From the human T2T-CHM13v2.0 reference genome, Homo sapiens: a stretch of 64,000 nucleotides of DNA. Shown piece by piece: positions 1-14,549 of the stretch. Every line of letters starts with the position of its first letter. Within the stretch, counting starts at the first letter, position 1. Made by a program: the position numbers and the translations under genes. The notes below the pieces were generated by a model. The model was not told the DNA's origin, made no database searches, and saw only the letters and a program-made list of their open reading frames with translations. The stretch lies in assembly GCF_009914755.1 (NCBI RefSeq), contig NC_060947.1; one strand, given 5' to 3'.

Positions 1-204
1 CTGTCCCATAAAACTTTTTGTGATGACAAAAATGGTCATTCTGTGCCATTAAATATAGAAGCCACTAGCTGCATGAGGTCATGTAGACCTTGAAATTTGG
101 CTACTTGGACTAAGGAGCTAAATATTTAATATTTAATTTTATTTTATTATAATTAAATCTAAACAAGTATATGTGACTGGTGGCTACCAGATGGGATAGA
201 GCAG
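1..204 (+). mobile_element. MER3-like hAT-Charlie DNA transposon fragment
   Basis: Resembles recalled MER3 consensus (ctgtccaatagaactttctg...gccactagc...AT-rich core...gtggctacc). Confidence 0.65.
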
Positions 205-219
205 ATACAGAACCTCCAT

Positions 220-810
220 GGGAATTCCACTGTTGGTGGAAGTGTAAATTAATACAAACTCTATGAAGAGTTTATGTCATTATTTACTAAAGTTGAATGT
301 ACACATACCCCAAGACACATCAAATTCACTTTTAGGTATATACCTAAAGACATTTTCAAAACTGTGCTCACCAGCATTATTTACAATAGCCCCAAGTGAG
401 AAACATACCAAGGGTTCATCAGTAGTAATATCAATCAATAAATGAGTATTTTCATGCAATAGAATATCACATAGCAATGAAAATGAGCTAACCACCACTA
501 CACACAACATTGGCGAATCTCACAACCATAACACTAAGCAAAAGAAGCCAGATGCAAAAGAATAATTATTCTATGATTTAATTTACTGAGTATCAAAAAG
601 ATACTGAACTTGTCTGTGGTGCGGTCATAATTGGGAGGCTGGTAGAGAGGAAGCAGAGGAGTTAGTGGTGAGAGGATCTGCTTGCCAGATTCTTGACCAT
701 TTTTCAAAGATGGAGGTACATGCACAGGTGTGTTCTCTTGTGATAATTCATCAAGCTGCATATGAATTATTTGTGCACTTGTCTGTATGTATGCTATAGT
801 TCCATATAAA
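220..810 (+). mobile_element. Old L1M (L1MC/L1ME-type) 3' fragment
   Basis: Degenerate L1 3' motifs (tgttggtggaagtgtaaatt, ttaggtatatacc, cagcattatttacaatagcc). Confidence 0.6.
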
Positions 811-1087
811 TGGTAAACACAGCAAAAAACGGCATGTTAGTAGTGCATTTAATGACATGGAAAATTATGCCATAGAGTCCAAGAATGTAAACTTCAGAGT
901 AATCTCTGATTGCTTTGAGTTTTTAAAAAGTTTTAGGGATCCCTTACCTAATTTGTGTTTTAATCTCATTTCTCTTTTATATATACACAAAATTGGTGTA
1001 ACTAAATAAACAAAAAAGTGCTGTTTGAATAAGTATAAAATACAAATTATAAACGATAAGAAAATATTGTATCATCTGTTTAAATGA

Positions 1088-1603
<516 letters not shown>

Positions 1604-2120
1604 TGAGAACTGAAGAAACAGAAGCAAAAGGATTGAGGAGGCATTGAGTAAACAGCAGTTCCTGATGGGAATTGGATAAACACATAAATAAAAATTTAAA
1701 TAAATAGTAATAAAAATAGGAATTTACACATACAGGAATAAAAATGAAACTTTTCTTGGTCATTCTATCAAAATTGTGAGTGAAGCTTCCCTCCCAAGTA
1801 TTGCCACTCCTGTTGAATCATGGAGGTCTAATAGCTATTTTGCAGGAAGGAACGTCTTTGTCTATGAGTAGGTAAAGTCAAAGAAAAGAATTTAGTGAAA
1901 ATCTATGTTTATTGAAAACTAGAATTATAGGTACTTTGCTAATTAGTTCAGAATAACCCATTTAAGTTGCTGTATATCCAAAAATACTACTAGGGCTTAT
2001 TGGCAACATTCATCACTGTGCTACAATCTGACACATTTCATTTGGTTGATTTGTGTATAGGAATGCTCAAATTTTCTTCTCAATCCTTCAGTGCAAATGG
2101 GTATAAAAACTCCCAGTTCA

Positions 2121-2983
2121 GGGACAGGCGAAGTGGCTCACACCTGTAATTCCAGCACTTTGGGAGGCCAAGTTGGGAGGATCTCTTGAGGCCCGGAGTT
2201 CAGTTTAAGATGAGCTTGGTAATACAGCAAGATCTTGTTCTCTGCAAAGATATACAAAAATTAGCCAGGCATGGTGGTGTGCACCCGAAGTCCCAGCTAC
2301 TTGGGAGGCTGAGGTAGGAGGATCACTTGAGCCTAGGAGTTCTAGGCTGCAGTGAACTAGGATCACGCTACTGCCCTCCAGCCTGGGGGACAGAGCAAGA
2401 TTCCATCTCAAAGAGGAAAGGAAGAAAAAAAGAAAAAAAGAAGGAAAGAAGAAGGAAGGAAGGAAGGAAGGAAGGAAGGAAGGAAGGAAGGAAGGAAGGA
2501 AAAGAAAAAATTGCAGTGAGCCAGGATTGTGCCACTGCACTCCAGCCTGGGTGACAGAGCAAGACTCTATCTCAAAAAACAAAGAAGAAGGAAGGAAGGA
2601 AGGAAGGAAGGAAGGAAGGAAGGAAGGAAGGAAGGAAGAAAGGAAGGAAGGGATAAGAAATAATTGCAGTGAGCCAGGATCGTGCCACTGCACTCCAGCC
2701 TGGGTGACAGACCAAGAATCTATCTTGAAAAACAAAGAAGAAGGAAGGAAGGAAGGAAAAAGAAAAGAAAAGAAAGGAAAGGAAAAGAAAAAAAAAGAAA
2801 AGAAAGGAAAAAATTGCAGTGAGCCTGGATCGTGCCACTGCACTCCAGCCTGGGTGACAGAGCAAGACTGTATCTCAAAAATGAAAGAAGAAAGAAAGAG
2901 GAAGGAAGGAAGGAAGGAAGGAAGGAAGGAAGGAAGGAAGGAAGGAAGGAAGGAAGGAAAAAGAAAAGAAAAAAGAAAAGATC
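2121..2983 (+). mobile_element. AluJ-like element with tandemly amplified 3' end and (GGAA)n tails
   Basis: Full Alu 2121-2412, then three more copies of the Alu 3' ~70 bp (at ~2511, ~2664, ~2814), each followed by a GA-rich tract; TSD ctcccagttca at 2110-2120 and 2984-2994. Confidence 0.9.
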
Positions 2984-3882
2984 CTCCCAGTTCACATTCT
3001 GAGGTACTAGTAAGTTACATGGAGAAAACCAAGAAAATGCCCTGAGACTAATTAAGTTGAATTCATGATACTTTATTTGCTTTGTCTTTGTTCAAATGGA
3101 CCATTGGTGACAACGGCTGCAACAGGGAGGATTTTGTGTAAAGACTTTTCAAATGGAGTCAGTTTCTTTTATGAGAAAATTACAAAGTCCAATGCATGTT
3201 AGGGATGGGAAGTCTTCAGCTATTATTTCAGCTTGGTTACTTTCATTCCTCCTCTTGCAAGAACTTTGCTATATGAAGAGGACCGTTGTTACTGAGTTCC
3301 GTCATGTTCAGCAGAGTGAAAATAAAATCCAAAGAATGCATAAACATTATCATGCTATTTTTTCCTAACCCTTTTAAACTTTTGCTCAATTTGATGTTAA
3401 CAAAAGCAGGCATTCATAGTCTTATACCATTAGAAAATTTATTCTGTTGGCAACAAAAACAAAAACCAACAATCCCTTGTAGATATATGCGTTGGAACAT
3501 CAGCAGTTGCCTTCCAGGATATATTTCCCCATTGATTCATCCACTTTGATGTGTGATTCTGTTCATGTTCTTATCCTCTAATTTTATCCCCATGTAGCCA
3601 GCGCAGCATCTATGAAATAGCTGATGCTATGTGCATCTCCATGGGATACCTGATGAAACCACAGGCAATCCCTGTACCCCTGCTGGTGACCAGCTCAGGA
3701 ATTGGGCAAGTAAACTTATTGTTGCTAATAAGATGAGGAAGAATGTCTTCCGCAAGGCTCTTGTGAGATGCGTCTTCCTAACTAGTAGATATACACAAGA
3801 GGAGACGGTCTCTCTGCTTCCACATCACATATTTCCCCCCATGTCATGCCCAGAACTGCACAGCAACCTTGGTGTACCAAGC

Positions 3883-4432
3883 TGTATTAGGGTTCTCTGG
3901 AGGGATAGAACTAATAGGATAGATGCATATATGAAAGGAAGTTTATTAAGGAGAATTGACTCACATGATCACAAGGTAAAGTCCCACGAGAGGCCATCTG
4001 CAAGTTGAGGAGCAAGGAAGTCAGTGGTGGATCAGTCCGAGTCCCAAAATCTCAAAAGTAGGGAAGCCGACAGTGCACCCCTCAGTTTGTGGCCAAAGGC
4101 CCAAGAGCCCCTGGCAAACCACTGGTGTAAGTCCAAGAGTCCAAAAGCTGAAGAACTTGGAGTCTGACGTTCGAGGGCAGGAAGCATCTAGCACAGGAGA
4201 AAGATTAAGGCTGGAACACTCAGCCAGTCTGTTCCTTCCAGTTTCTTCTGTGTGCTTTATTCTAGCCGCAATGGCAGCTGATTTGATGTTACCCACCCAG
4301 AGTGAGGGTGGGTCTGCCTCTCCCAATGCACTGATTCAAATGTTAATCTCCTTTCGCAACACCCTCACAGACACACCCAGGAACAATACTTTACATCCTT
4401 CAACCCAACCAAGTTGACAATATTAACCATCC
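3883..4432 (-). mobile_element. MLT2A-type (ERVL) solo LTR
   Basis: Starts tgtattagggttctct, ends ...ttaaccatc; ~550 bp with typical MLT2A internal sequence. Confidence 0.85.
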
Positions 4433-4629
4433 CAGAAAGTTGTAAGGATCCACTGTAGGACAATGGGCATATAGTTAACAATACCGTACCATGCACCTCA
4501 ACATTTGTTAAGAGTGTATATGTCGTGTCGTGTGTGTTTTACCACAAGTTTAAAAATACTCCTGAGTATCTTATTCCATATACTCAACACCTTAGCAAAC
4601 CTTAGTACTTCACTGCCCTTTTCTGGCTG

Positions 4630-4760
4630 CATGGCGTATCAGAGAACGTGTGGGCTTTGGAGTCAGACAAGCTTCGGTTCAAGTACTAGGTGATCTGGAA
4701 AAGGTTATTTAGCCTGGCTGGTCCTCAGGGTCATCTCTTGTAAACTCAGGATGGAATAAG
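4630..4760 (+). mobile_element. MIR fragment
   Basis: tgggctttggagtcagac...ggttcaag...gtgatctggaaaaggttattt core. Confidence 0.55.
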
Positions 4761-5638
4761 ACAGCCCCATCTATCTTCCAGCACCAGTCTAAGGATGACT
4801 CACAGGCATTGCTCAGTCCTGGCAGCGATTATTATTTTTTGATTAGCATGTAGCCCTCTACCTGGACCATGGTAGGTGCCCAATAAATGTTTGTTGAATG
4901 AATAATTTAATTCATTATTAATGAATTTTTATTTTAATTTACCCTGCTCTGGGCCATTTTTTTTTTAGTGCAATTACTCTTTTCTAGTTTTGAGTTGTAT
5001 CCAAATTCTCAATCTAGTTAAGATTCAAAATTACATATCAGCTTGCTGGGCTAGCACTTTTCCTTACTTCTCTTCCTGAAGGGTCCCCAATTCTGTTTCT
5101 ATTCTGTGTGTCTTTTTTCCCCACTTCCGTGGACATGTGTCCAGAGCCCCTTCCCCCAAAGCCCTTCAACTAGTTATTCTCTAGCAGAACATTTTTCTGC
5201 CAGTAAAAATATTTTCTTTCAGGAATTGGCTAAAAGCTGTTTTCATAAAAACTTCCCTATATGAATCGAGCCTATAATTATCTGGCTCTTTCTTAGGATT
5301 TCTGCAGAGCGTATGCACACCTAAAGCGTACCAATTCACACTTGGTTCCGGGGTCTATAGTAGAGTCACAGAAACATGACTCCTGTCATGAATGCAAGCT
5401 AGGATGTGGTCCCTAAAGCAGGGGATGTGTCTCGAATGCCTCTTCAATCCTTGTACAGTGTCTAATGCAGTACTACTTCCACAGTGTTGAGCAGCAGTCC
5501 TTAAGAGGGTGGAGTTTAGAATTTGGTCTTTGCAGACCTGAGTTTTAATCCTGGCTCTATAACCTATAAGCAGTATAAGAAAGGTACCCAAACTGTCTGT
5601 CTCATTTGTCCAGTGGGGACACTACCCATTTTACAGGG

Positions 5639-6125
5639 TGTGATGGTTAATTTCAGGTGTCAACGTGACTGCCTTAAGGAATACGTCAGGAATTAGTAAA
5701 GCATTGTTTCTAGGTGAGCCTGCACAGGTATTCTTGGGAAGATTGGCGTGAGCTGGTGGACAGAGTGGGGAAGATGTCTTCAATAGAGACAGGCCCCATC
5801 CAATTCTCTGAGGGCCCAGATAGAAGAAACAGGGCAAAGGAAAGGCACTTTCCTCCCTTTCTCTCTTGGAGCTGGGATTCTTCTTTTCCTGCCCTTGAAC
5901 ACCAGAACTTCAGGCTCCTTTTATACTGAGAATTACACCATCCACTTCCCTAGTTCTGAGGTTTTTGGTTGTGACCTGAGTCACGCTCCTGGCATCCCAG
6001 GGGCTCCAGCTTGCAGACAGCCTGTCCTGAGACTTTTCACCCTCTAATTCCCCTAATAAATCCCCTCTCATCTATCTTTGCTGATAACCTGTTGGTGGTG
6101 TCTCTCTAGAGCCCCGATTAATCCA
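5639..6125 (+). mobile_element. MLT2 (ERVL) solo LTR inserted into a MIR
   Basis: tgtgatggttaatt...taatcca termini; 5-bp TSD caggg (5634-5638, 6126-6130); MIR-like sequence on both flanks. Confidence 0.8.
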
Positions 6126-8164
6126 CAGGGGTAACGTGAGGGAGAAATGAGGTCGTGCTTGGGGAGCATTTCACACCCTGCCTGACACATGCCCAGGTCC
6201 GATAGGCTGCAGCTGCATTTATTCTAGAGCTTAGCATCAGTGTTCAAAACAGTGGAAGGCCTTCCCTCTGGCACCCAGCCATCGTGTTGAGCTTCTCCTG
6301 TCATTTTTCAATTCCAGAGTGTTTTTTGAGAGCAATTCTGTGTCCTGTGTATCACTGACGTGGGGCCAAAAACAATCCGTATGCGTGGGGATCTGAAGCT
6401 GGGAATGACCAATAGGTCAGAAAGTTCTTAGGAGTCAGGAGCAAAGGAAGCTGCATGGTCAAGGGGAATCAACATGAGCCTTCCTGCCATGTGCCGTATT
6501 TCCTGCGGTCTAATGAGACAGAGACATATGTATGTATACATCATCTCATGCTTAGCTCTTTAATATGTACAAGGTGTTTTCAAATTCTCCCACAAACTGT
6601 CTTTGACAGCTGAGAATCTCAAGATCACCTGTTGTTCATGACTGTTGTCAAGGGGATCCTCCCTTTAGGGACACAGGAAGATTTGCCTATAATGCTAGGA
6701 AGCTTTGATATCTATTATTTTATTATAAAAATCAACTACAGTTTTACTGCTATTACTTCAGGTCTTTACTCATTCCACTGTTTATTTTAACCCCGAGCTT
6801 GTGTGTAGTTGGAAAAGGAGGGAAAATATTTAAAACTCTTATTTATTAATTTAACTATGTATATAACATGTAGAATAAAGAAAGACTTAAAGGAAGATGT
6901 AGTATTTGTGAATGCTCCAACAAATTAAAAGATTATTTAAAATATTGATTTCTGATTAAACCACTTATTGTCTATAATGAATTAAAACAGTTTGTGAAAA
7001 TAAATTCACTGATATTTTTGCATTTATAATTTCAAAATCATAGCAACTTTCTGAAGCTGAAAATGCCTGAAACACGAGTCTGCCAATCACCACAATAAAA
7101 TATGAAGCCCCAGTGAAAGAGCTAGTCAGGATGGGTTCCCAACAAATAGCAGTTGAAGCTCCTACTGCCATGAAATGATGAAAGAAACACAGTTTAAGTG
7201 CCATGGATAATTTTTTCAATGCCAAAAGAATCATCACAGACTGTTGTGACATGCAGAGCTTGAATGGAAATATGGCATTAAAATAAGGTGCACAAAATTA
7301 GTTCTTGAATGTAATTTTGAAACACATTGCAAAATTGCTCCCTAATATACACCAAACCCAAAAGTGACCACTGACAAGATGAGTTTATTTCAGTTTTTAT
7401 GCTGTCATTATGGAAAAAACTATAGCAGGAAGTTCACCAATTTCCCTTTGGAAAGATATATACAACCACAGCCAATAGGCTTTCCTAAAAGACAGCAGGA
7501 GCTTTTCATGCAGACTTGTTTCCCATCCGTAACATACAAATATTTATCGTTCAGGGTCAATACAGCCTTGCAAATAAACAGGCTTTGAGTTATACCAAGC
7601 ATGCTCATTCTTATATGGTATTTCCATATAAGAAATACAAAAGAAACATACCACAAAATGATGGTGCTCAGGACATGGGGCAAGGCCCTGTTTCTGTGGT
7701 ATAGCGTCCTAGGTTTCGTAGGATTCCATAGGAGGCAGCTACAAGATCAACATGCAAAGCTCTGAAATCCCTTCCTAAGCTAATGAAGTGAAGCCATGAC
7801 TGCACCAAGGAAAGGATGAAACAGAACTCATTTGTTGTTTCTCAAATGATGCTACCGTCTCTTCAAAGACACCATTAATTTAACATCTTTAAAGCTCTAA
7901 GAACAATCTATGTAACAAGTGAAAACTGCCTATAAAATTACTGCTTTCCTTATTATATGGAAATTCATGTTTTCATAATCACATAAAAGTTTAACGTGCT
8001 ATTCATTATAAGATTAAAGGGCATGAGTTATTCTGTCCCTGTAATTAGTAACAACTGGAAATTAAATTGGGAGAATTTTGTACTCTTTTCTTCTTAAAAT
8101 AATTTCCTTTCTCCTTTTGCCTGAGAACCATGCTTGAACAATACTAACGCCTTACCTTCTAAAA

Positions 8165-8650
8165 TAAATGATTATATATAACATATAAATATAAATATGT
8201 TTTACATAAGTATTTATACATAAAATATATATTTACATATAAATGTTTTATGTGTATTTATACATATATATTTACATATAAATATGTTTTATATATGTAT
8301 TTATACGTAAAATATATATTTATATATAAATATATATAATCTACACAAAAACATAAAAATACATATATTAATATATAAATATGTATACTAGGTTCTAGTA
8401 TATATAGAAAAGACCTATGTATTTCTAACATGTGTATATATAATCTATATCTATATATTTATATTTGTATATTATATAAATATATAATCTATATTTCTAT
8501 ATTTGTATTTACATTTTTATATATAAATATATATAATCTATATAGGTTTGTATATAGTAAATATAGTTGCATATTATATTTTATTTACATATATTTGTAT
8601 ATACTAAATTCTACTATATATAGAAAAGACCTGTGTATTTCTAATGTATG
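8165..8650. repeat. AT-rich degenerate (TA)n low-complexity region
   Basis: Direct inspection. Confidence 0.85.
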
Positions 8651-9039
8651 GAAATATGAAATGTACTTTTTGTCTCTTCAGTTGCAAAAATAAAAAGGCT
8701 TTTATCAAGTAGATAGATTTTGCTCTATTTTGAATTTTTCTTCTTAATTATATTAGATTGTAGGGAGGGGACGCTGAAAGGAAAGAGATGGAAACGATTC
8801 TTCCATCAGTTTCTATAACCGGAAAGGTATTTTAACAATGAAACCTAAGTAGGTAGAATCCAGTTCTTGGTACTTGGTGTATGTGCTAGCAAGATTGCAT
8901 GAAGAAACAAACCGTGTAAGAAGCGGAGTCATCCTGTGAAGGGGAAATTTGTCTCCAGTGTTCAGCCATGACGCAATCCTTATCCTCCTGTCTGGCTAAC
9001 TGTGACCTGTCCCTGTGACCTCAACCCCACGGGACCCCA

Positions 9040-10860
9040 CTTCCCTCCCTCCCCACACACCACCTATTCCTCCCTCCCTCCCTCCCTCCCCACACACCTC
9101 CTCTTCCTCCCTCCCTCCCCACACACCTCTTCCTCCCTCCCTCCCCACACACCACCTCTTCCTCCCTCCCTCCCCACACACCACCTCTTCCTCCCTCCCT
9201 CCCCACACACCACCTCTTCCTCCCTCCCTCCCTCCCCACACACCTCTTCCTCCCTCCCTCCCTCCTCACACACCACCTCTTCCTCCCTCCCTCCTCACAC
9301 ACCACCTCTTCCTCCCTCCCTCCCTCCCCACACACCACCTCTTCCTCCCTCCCTCCCCACACACCACCTCTTCCTCCCTCCCTCCCTCCCCACACACCAC
9401 CTCTTCCTCCCTCCCTCCCCACACACCACCTCTTCCTCCCTCCCTCCCTCCCCACACACCTCTTCCTCCCTCCCTCCCTCCCCACACACCTCTTCCTCCC
9501 TCCCTCCCTCCTCACACACCACCTCTTCCTCCCTCCCTCCCTCCCCACACACCTCTTCCTCCCTCCCTCCCTCCCCACACACCACCTCTTCCTCCCTCCC
9601 TCCCTCCCCACACACCTCTTCCTCCCTCCCTCCCTCCCCACACACCTCTTCCTCCCTCCCTCCCTCCTCACACACCACCTCTTCCTCCCTCCCTCCTCAC
9701 ACACCACCTCTTCCTCCCTCCCTCCCTCCCCACACACCACCTCTTCCTCCCTCCCTCCCCACACACCACCTCTTCCTCCCTCCCTCCCTCCCCACACACC
9801 ACCTCTTCCTCCCTCCCTCCCTCCCCACACACCTCTTCCTCCCTCCCTCCCTCCCCACACACCTCCTCTTCCTCCCTCCCTCCCTCCCCACACACCACCT
9901 CTTCCTCCCTCCCTCCCTCCCCACACACCTCTTCCTCCCTCCCTCCCTCCCCACACACCACCTCTTCCTCCCTCCCTCCCCACACACCTCCTCTTCCTCC
10001 CTCCCTCCCTCCCCACACACCTCTTCCTCCCTCCCTCCCCACACACCACCTCTTCCTCCCTCCCTCCCTCCCCACACACCACCTCTTCCTCCCTCCCTCC
10101 TCACACACCACCTCTTCCTCCCTCCCTCCCTCCCCACACACCACCTCTTCCTCCCTCCCTCCCTCCCCACACACCTCTTCCTCCCTCCCTCCCTCCCCAC
10201 ACACCACCTCTTCCTCCCTCCCTCCCTCCCCACACACCTCTTCCTCCCTCCCTCCCTCCCCACACACCACCTCTTCCTCCCTCCCTCCCTCCCCACACAC
10301 CACCTCTTCCTCCCTCCCTCCCTCCCCACACACCTCTTCCTCCCTCCCTCCCTCCCCACACACCACCTCTTCCTCCCTCCCTCCCTCCCCACACACCTCT
10401 TCCTCCCTCCCTCCTCACACACCACCTCTTCCTCCCTCCCTCCCTCCCCACACACCTCTTCCTCCCTCCCTCCTCACACACCACCTCTTCCTCCCTCCCT
10501 CCCTCCCCACACACCTCTTCCTCCCTCCCTCCTCACACACCACCTCTTCCTCCCTCCCTCCCTCCCCACACACCACCTCTTCCTCCCTCCCTCCCTCCCC
10601 ACACACCTCTTCCTCCCTCCCTCCCTCCCCACACACCTCCTCTTCCTCCCTCCCTCCCTCCCCACACACCACCTCTTCCCCCCTCCCTCCCTCCCCACAC
10701 ACCTCTTCCTCCCTCCCTCCCTCCCCACACACCACCTCTTCCTCCCTCCCCCCCCACACACCACCTCTTCCTCCCTCCCTCCCCCCCCACACACCACCTC
10801 TTCCTCCCTCCCTCCCTCCCCACACACCACCTCTTCCCCCCTCCCTCCCTCCCTCCCCAC
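9040..10860. repeat. CRI-S232 RU2 VNTR: ~28-35 bp units of (CCTC)n-CCC-ACACAC-(CAC)-CTCTT
   Basis: About 1.8 kb G-free array on the + strand immediately downstream of a VCX gene, matching the described RU2 (GGGA-based) element of S232; most units contain CCTCCCTCCCCAC. Confidence 0.92.
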
Positions 10861-10906
10861 CATCAGAGAACACAGAGTCACTCAGATCAATTTGCAACAC
10901 ATTCAT

Positions 10907-10912
10907 TTTATT
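10907..10912 (-). promoter_or_regulatory. VCX polyadenylation signal AATAAA
   Basis: tttatt on + strand, ~100 nt downstream of the VCX stop codon. Confidence 0.85.
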
Positions 10913-11013
10913 ATCATCAGAATGGCAAGCACCCCGCTGGTGAGATCTCTGAGGTCTGGCGGCTGGGCCTGAACTTAGTCGCTGCTCTCGGAGATAGGGG
11001 AGTAGCTGGCCGT

Positions 11014-12080
<1,067 letters not shown>

Positions 12081-12316
12081 ACATCTAATGAGGAAGGCAG
12101 GGTGCTCTAATTGGAGAAAGGGAGATTTGGGTTAGCACCCCTAAAGATAGTTCCCAAACTGACATGTCACCCCTCCTAAACTCCCCGTGTTCAATTTTGG
12201 CAGATCACGTGGCACGGGAGGATATTTCCCCCACATGTTTCCCCCGGACCTCCCATTCAGTGGTACATTCTGTTCCTCCACACCTGCCATCATTACCCAG
12301 TTTCTGTATGACCTAC

Positions 12317-12390
12317 CTAAAATCCCTCCATGCTAACTGGGATGGATGGAGGGCTATACGAAGACGTCAATCATCCCTCTCTCCTACAGA
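12317..12390 (-). other. Probable non-coding first exon of VCX (intron 12003..12316)
   Basis: Donor TTAG|GTAGGT at 12317/12316; acceptor ccttccttcccacccag|GG at 12003/12002; fits the recalled 3-exon, ~1.5 kb VCX structure; 5' end approximate. Confidence 0.6.
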
Positions 12391-12565
12391 TTCCTCTGCT
12401 ACACCTTGAGGATCATTCACTTCTTGGATGCCATGAAACAACTTTTCCATCTCACATACTTCTCCCAGCATCCACATAGTGCCTCACAATTTTTCATTCT
12501 CATGGTTTAAAGCACTGGCTTCCAGAGGTCAAGATCAGCAAACACACTCGCTCAGCTGGGTATCT

Positions 12566-12800
12566 GTATCAGGCTGGGTTCCTCAGAGAAGGAGAAACTG
12601 AACCAACAGGATACTTTTTGTGTGTGTGTGTGTGAGTGTGTAATATATATGATAAATATGTATTTACTATCATGTAGTATTGATTTATGAATAATATTAT
12701 ATATATGATACAGTTTATTCTAAGCAATTGGCTCACACATTCACACAATGTGGGGGGGTCTAGGAAGCTGAAATATGTAGGGCAAGTGGGCAGCCTGGAA
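12566..12800 (-). mobile_element. MLT2-type LTR fragment with (TG)/(TA) microsatellite
   Basis: tgtatcaggctgggttc...gaaccaacagga...aattggctcac. Confidence 0.55.
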
Positions 12801-12801
12801 A

Positions 12802-13360
12802 CTAAAAGCTTCTGCACAGTCAACAATCAACAAAATGAAAAGGCAGGCTATGGTTTGGGAGAAACTATTTGCGAACCATATATCTAATAATGAGTTAATA
12901 TCCAAAATATATAAAGAACTCACACAACTCAATAGCAAATAAATAAATAGTCTGGTTAACAAATAGGCAAAGGACTTGAATAGGCATTTCTCGAAAGAAA
13001 ACACACAACTGGCCAACAGGTATATGAAAATGTGCTCAACATCGTTAATAATCAGAGAATGCAAATGAAAACCACAATGAACTATCACCTCACACCTGTT
13101 AGGACGGCTATTATCAAAAAGTCGAGAGATAAAAGATAATGATGGCAAAGCTGTGGAGAGAGTGAAACCCTTTTAGGGTGTGCAGAAAACGGGACCTTTA
13201 CACGCTGTTGACAGACGTGTAATTGGTACAGCCGTTAGGAAAAACAGTGTAATGGTTCCTTGGAAAATCAAAACAGATCTACCATGTGACCCAGCAGTTC
13301 ATCTGTTGAGTAGGTACCCCACTCCCACAATGAAATCCACATCTTACACAGATATCTCCA
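12802..13360 (+). mobile_element. L1M (L1MA/MB) ORF2 3' fragment
   Basis: aaaagcttctgcacag...aatatccaaaatatataaagaactc...atgcaaatgaaaaccacaatga. Confidence 0.8.
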
Positions 13361-14549
13361 GTACTAAGTGTAACTCATTAATCACACAGGAAATTAGAGT
13401 TTCTATTTGAAAAGAATGTTTTTTTTTTTTCACCATTCTGGTATCAAATATTTATTCTAGCCATCTCTTCTTATTTCTTACTTTGTAATAATCTAGGTAC
13501 TACTACCCACTGACAGAACTGACTCATTATTCCAAAAAGAGATGAGAAATGTTGAGGAAAATGCAATGTTATGCTTCTTGTCTTCAACCAGTTATTCTGG
13601 TTTTATGGAGGATTCTGTATTTAACTCTTACTCAGATAACTCTAGTTACCATATCCATCGTACCTAGTCAACAATCCTAAAAAAATGAGAACACAGAGTT
13701 GACTAGAATCGTTACTAAACTTTCTATGTTAACCAGTTTTCCCAGTAATTGCTAGTTTTTTATTCAACTGTTTGCCTAGGTACCACTAAATGTCTAGTTT
13801 TATGTCACTAAGACATAAGAAGTAGTGTTGAAAAGAATTTGTTTATTTCAAGTACTGGCTTCATCTAGTTATCTCTAGTTAATTACTTACTTGGATAAAG
13901 TAGATATCTATTGTATGAGGTAATATTTCTAACATGAGGTTGGAATTTTGCGTTGAGGAAAATGGTTATTGAACTCCCTGGCATAGGCCAGTTATCTTCA
14001 GCTTCCTGGGATCAATTACTTGGTCTGGTTAATTCTAGCTATCTTTAGGTTGCTAATTAAATGTTTACCACCAGATGTCTGTGGTAATTTATTATCCCAA
14101 CAAAACAGTAGAATGATAAGGAAGGATTTTGCTTTTTCCTGGCATCACATAGATATTCAAATTATCTCCTGTTATCCTTTGTACCTTTTTTCCTGGGTAA
14201 CACTCAGCACCTATCCTTCTAAGTTCTTATCCCAACTAAAATCAATAATTGAGATTTGCAAAGAACATGAGTTTCAGGGTCAGGTTCACTTGGTATTGTA
14301 ATGATTGTTAGCTGTTTCTATGTAACGTGTTTCATGGGAAAGCCCAGTTAAGTAGAATTTGTATATAACTCAACACCAATAAAATTATATTTGACGAGAC
14401 TAGATTCCCTATGTTCTACATTCCACTGAACTATTCTTGTTGTCTCTATTTTACTATTTACGTAGGTACATGCCTTACGTGTAGTACTAATTCATTATTC
14501 CAACAATAACTCAGCAGTAAGTGGTGAGAAGAACGTGATTTTATTTTGA

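Noticed and set aside
2205-3045. Several ORFs rich in FLPS or KEGR
   Set aside because: Translations of Alu fragments and GGAA microsatellites
8996-10972. Long ORFs (up to 656 aa, Pro/Ser/His/Thr-rich or Gly/Glu/Arg-rich) on both strands
   Set aside because: Artefact of the RU2 VNTR, whose units cannot form stop codons; no credible start context or complexity
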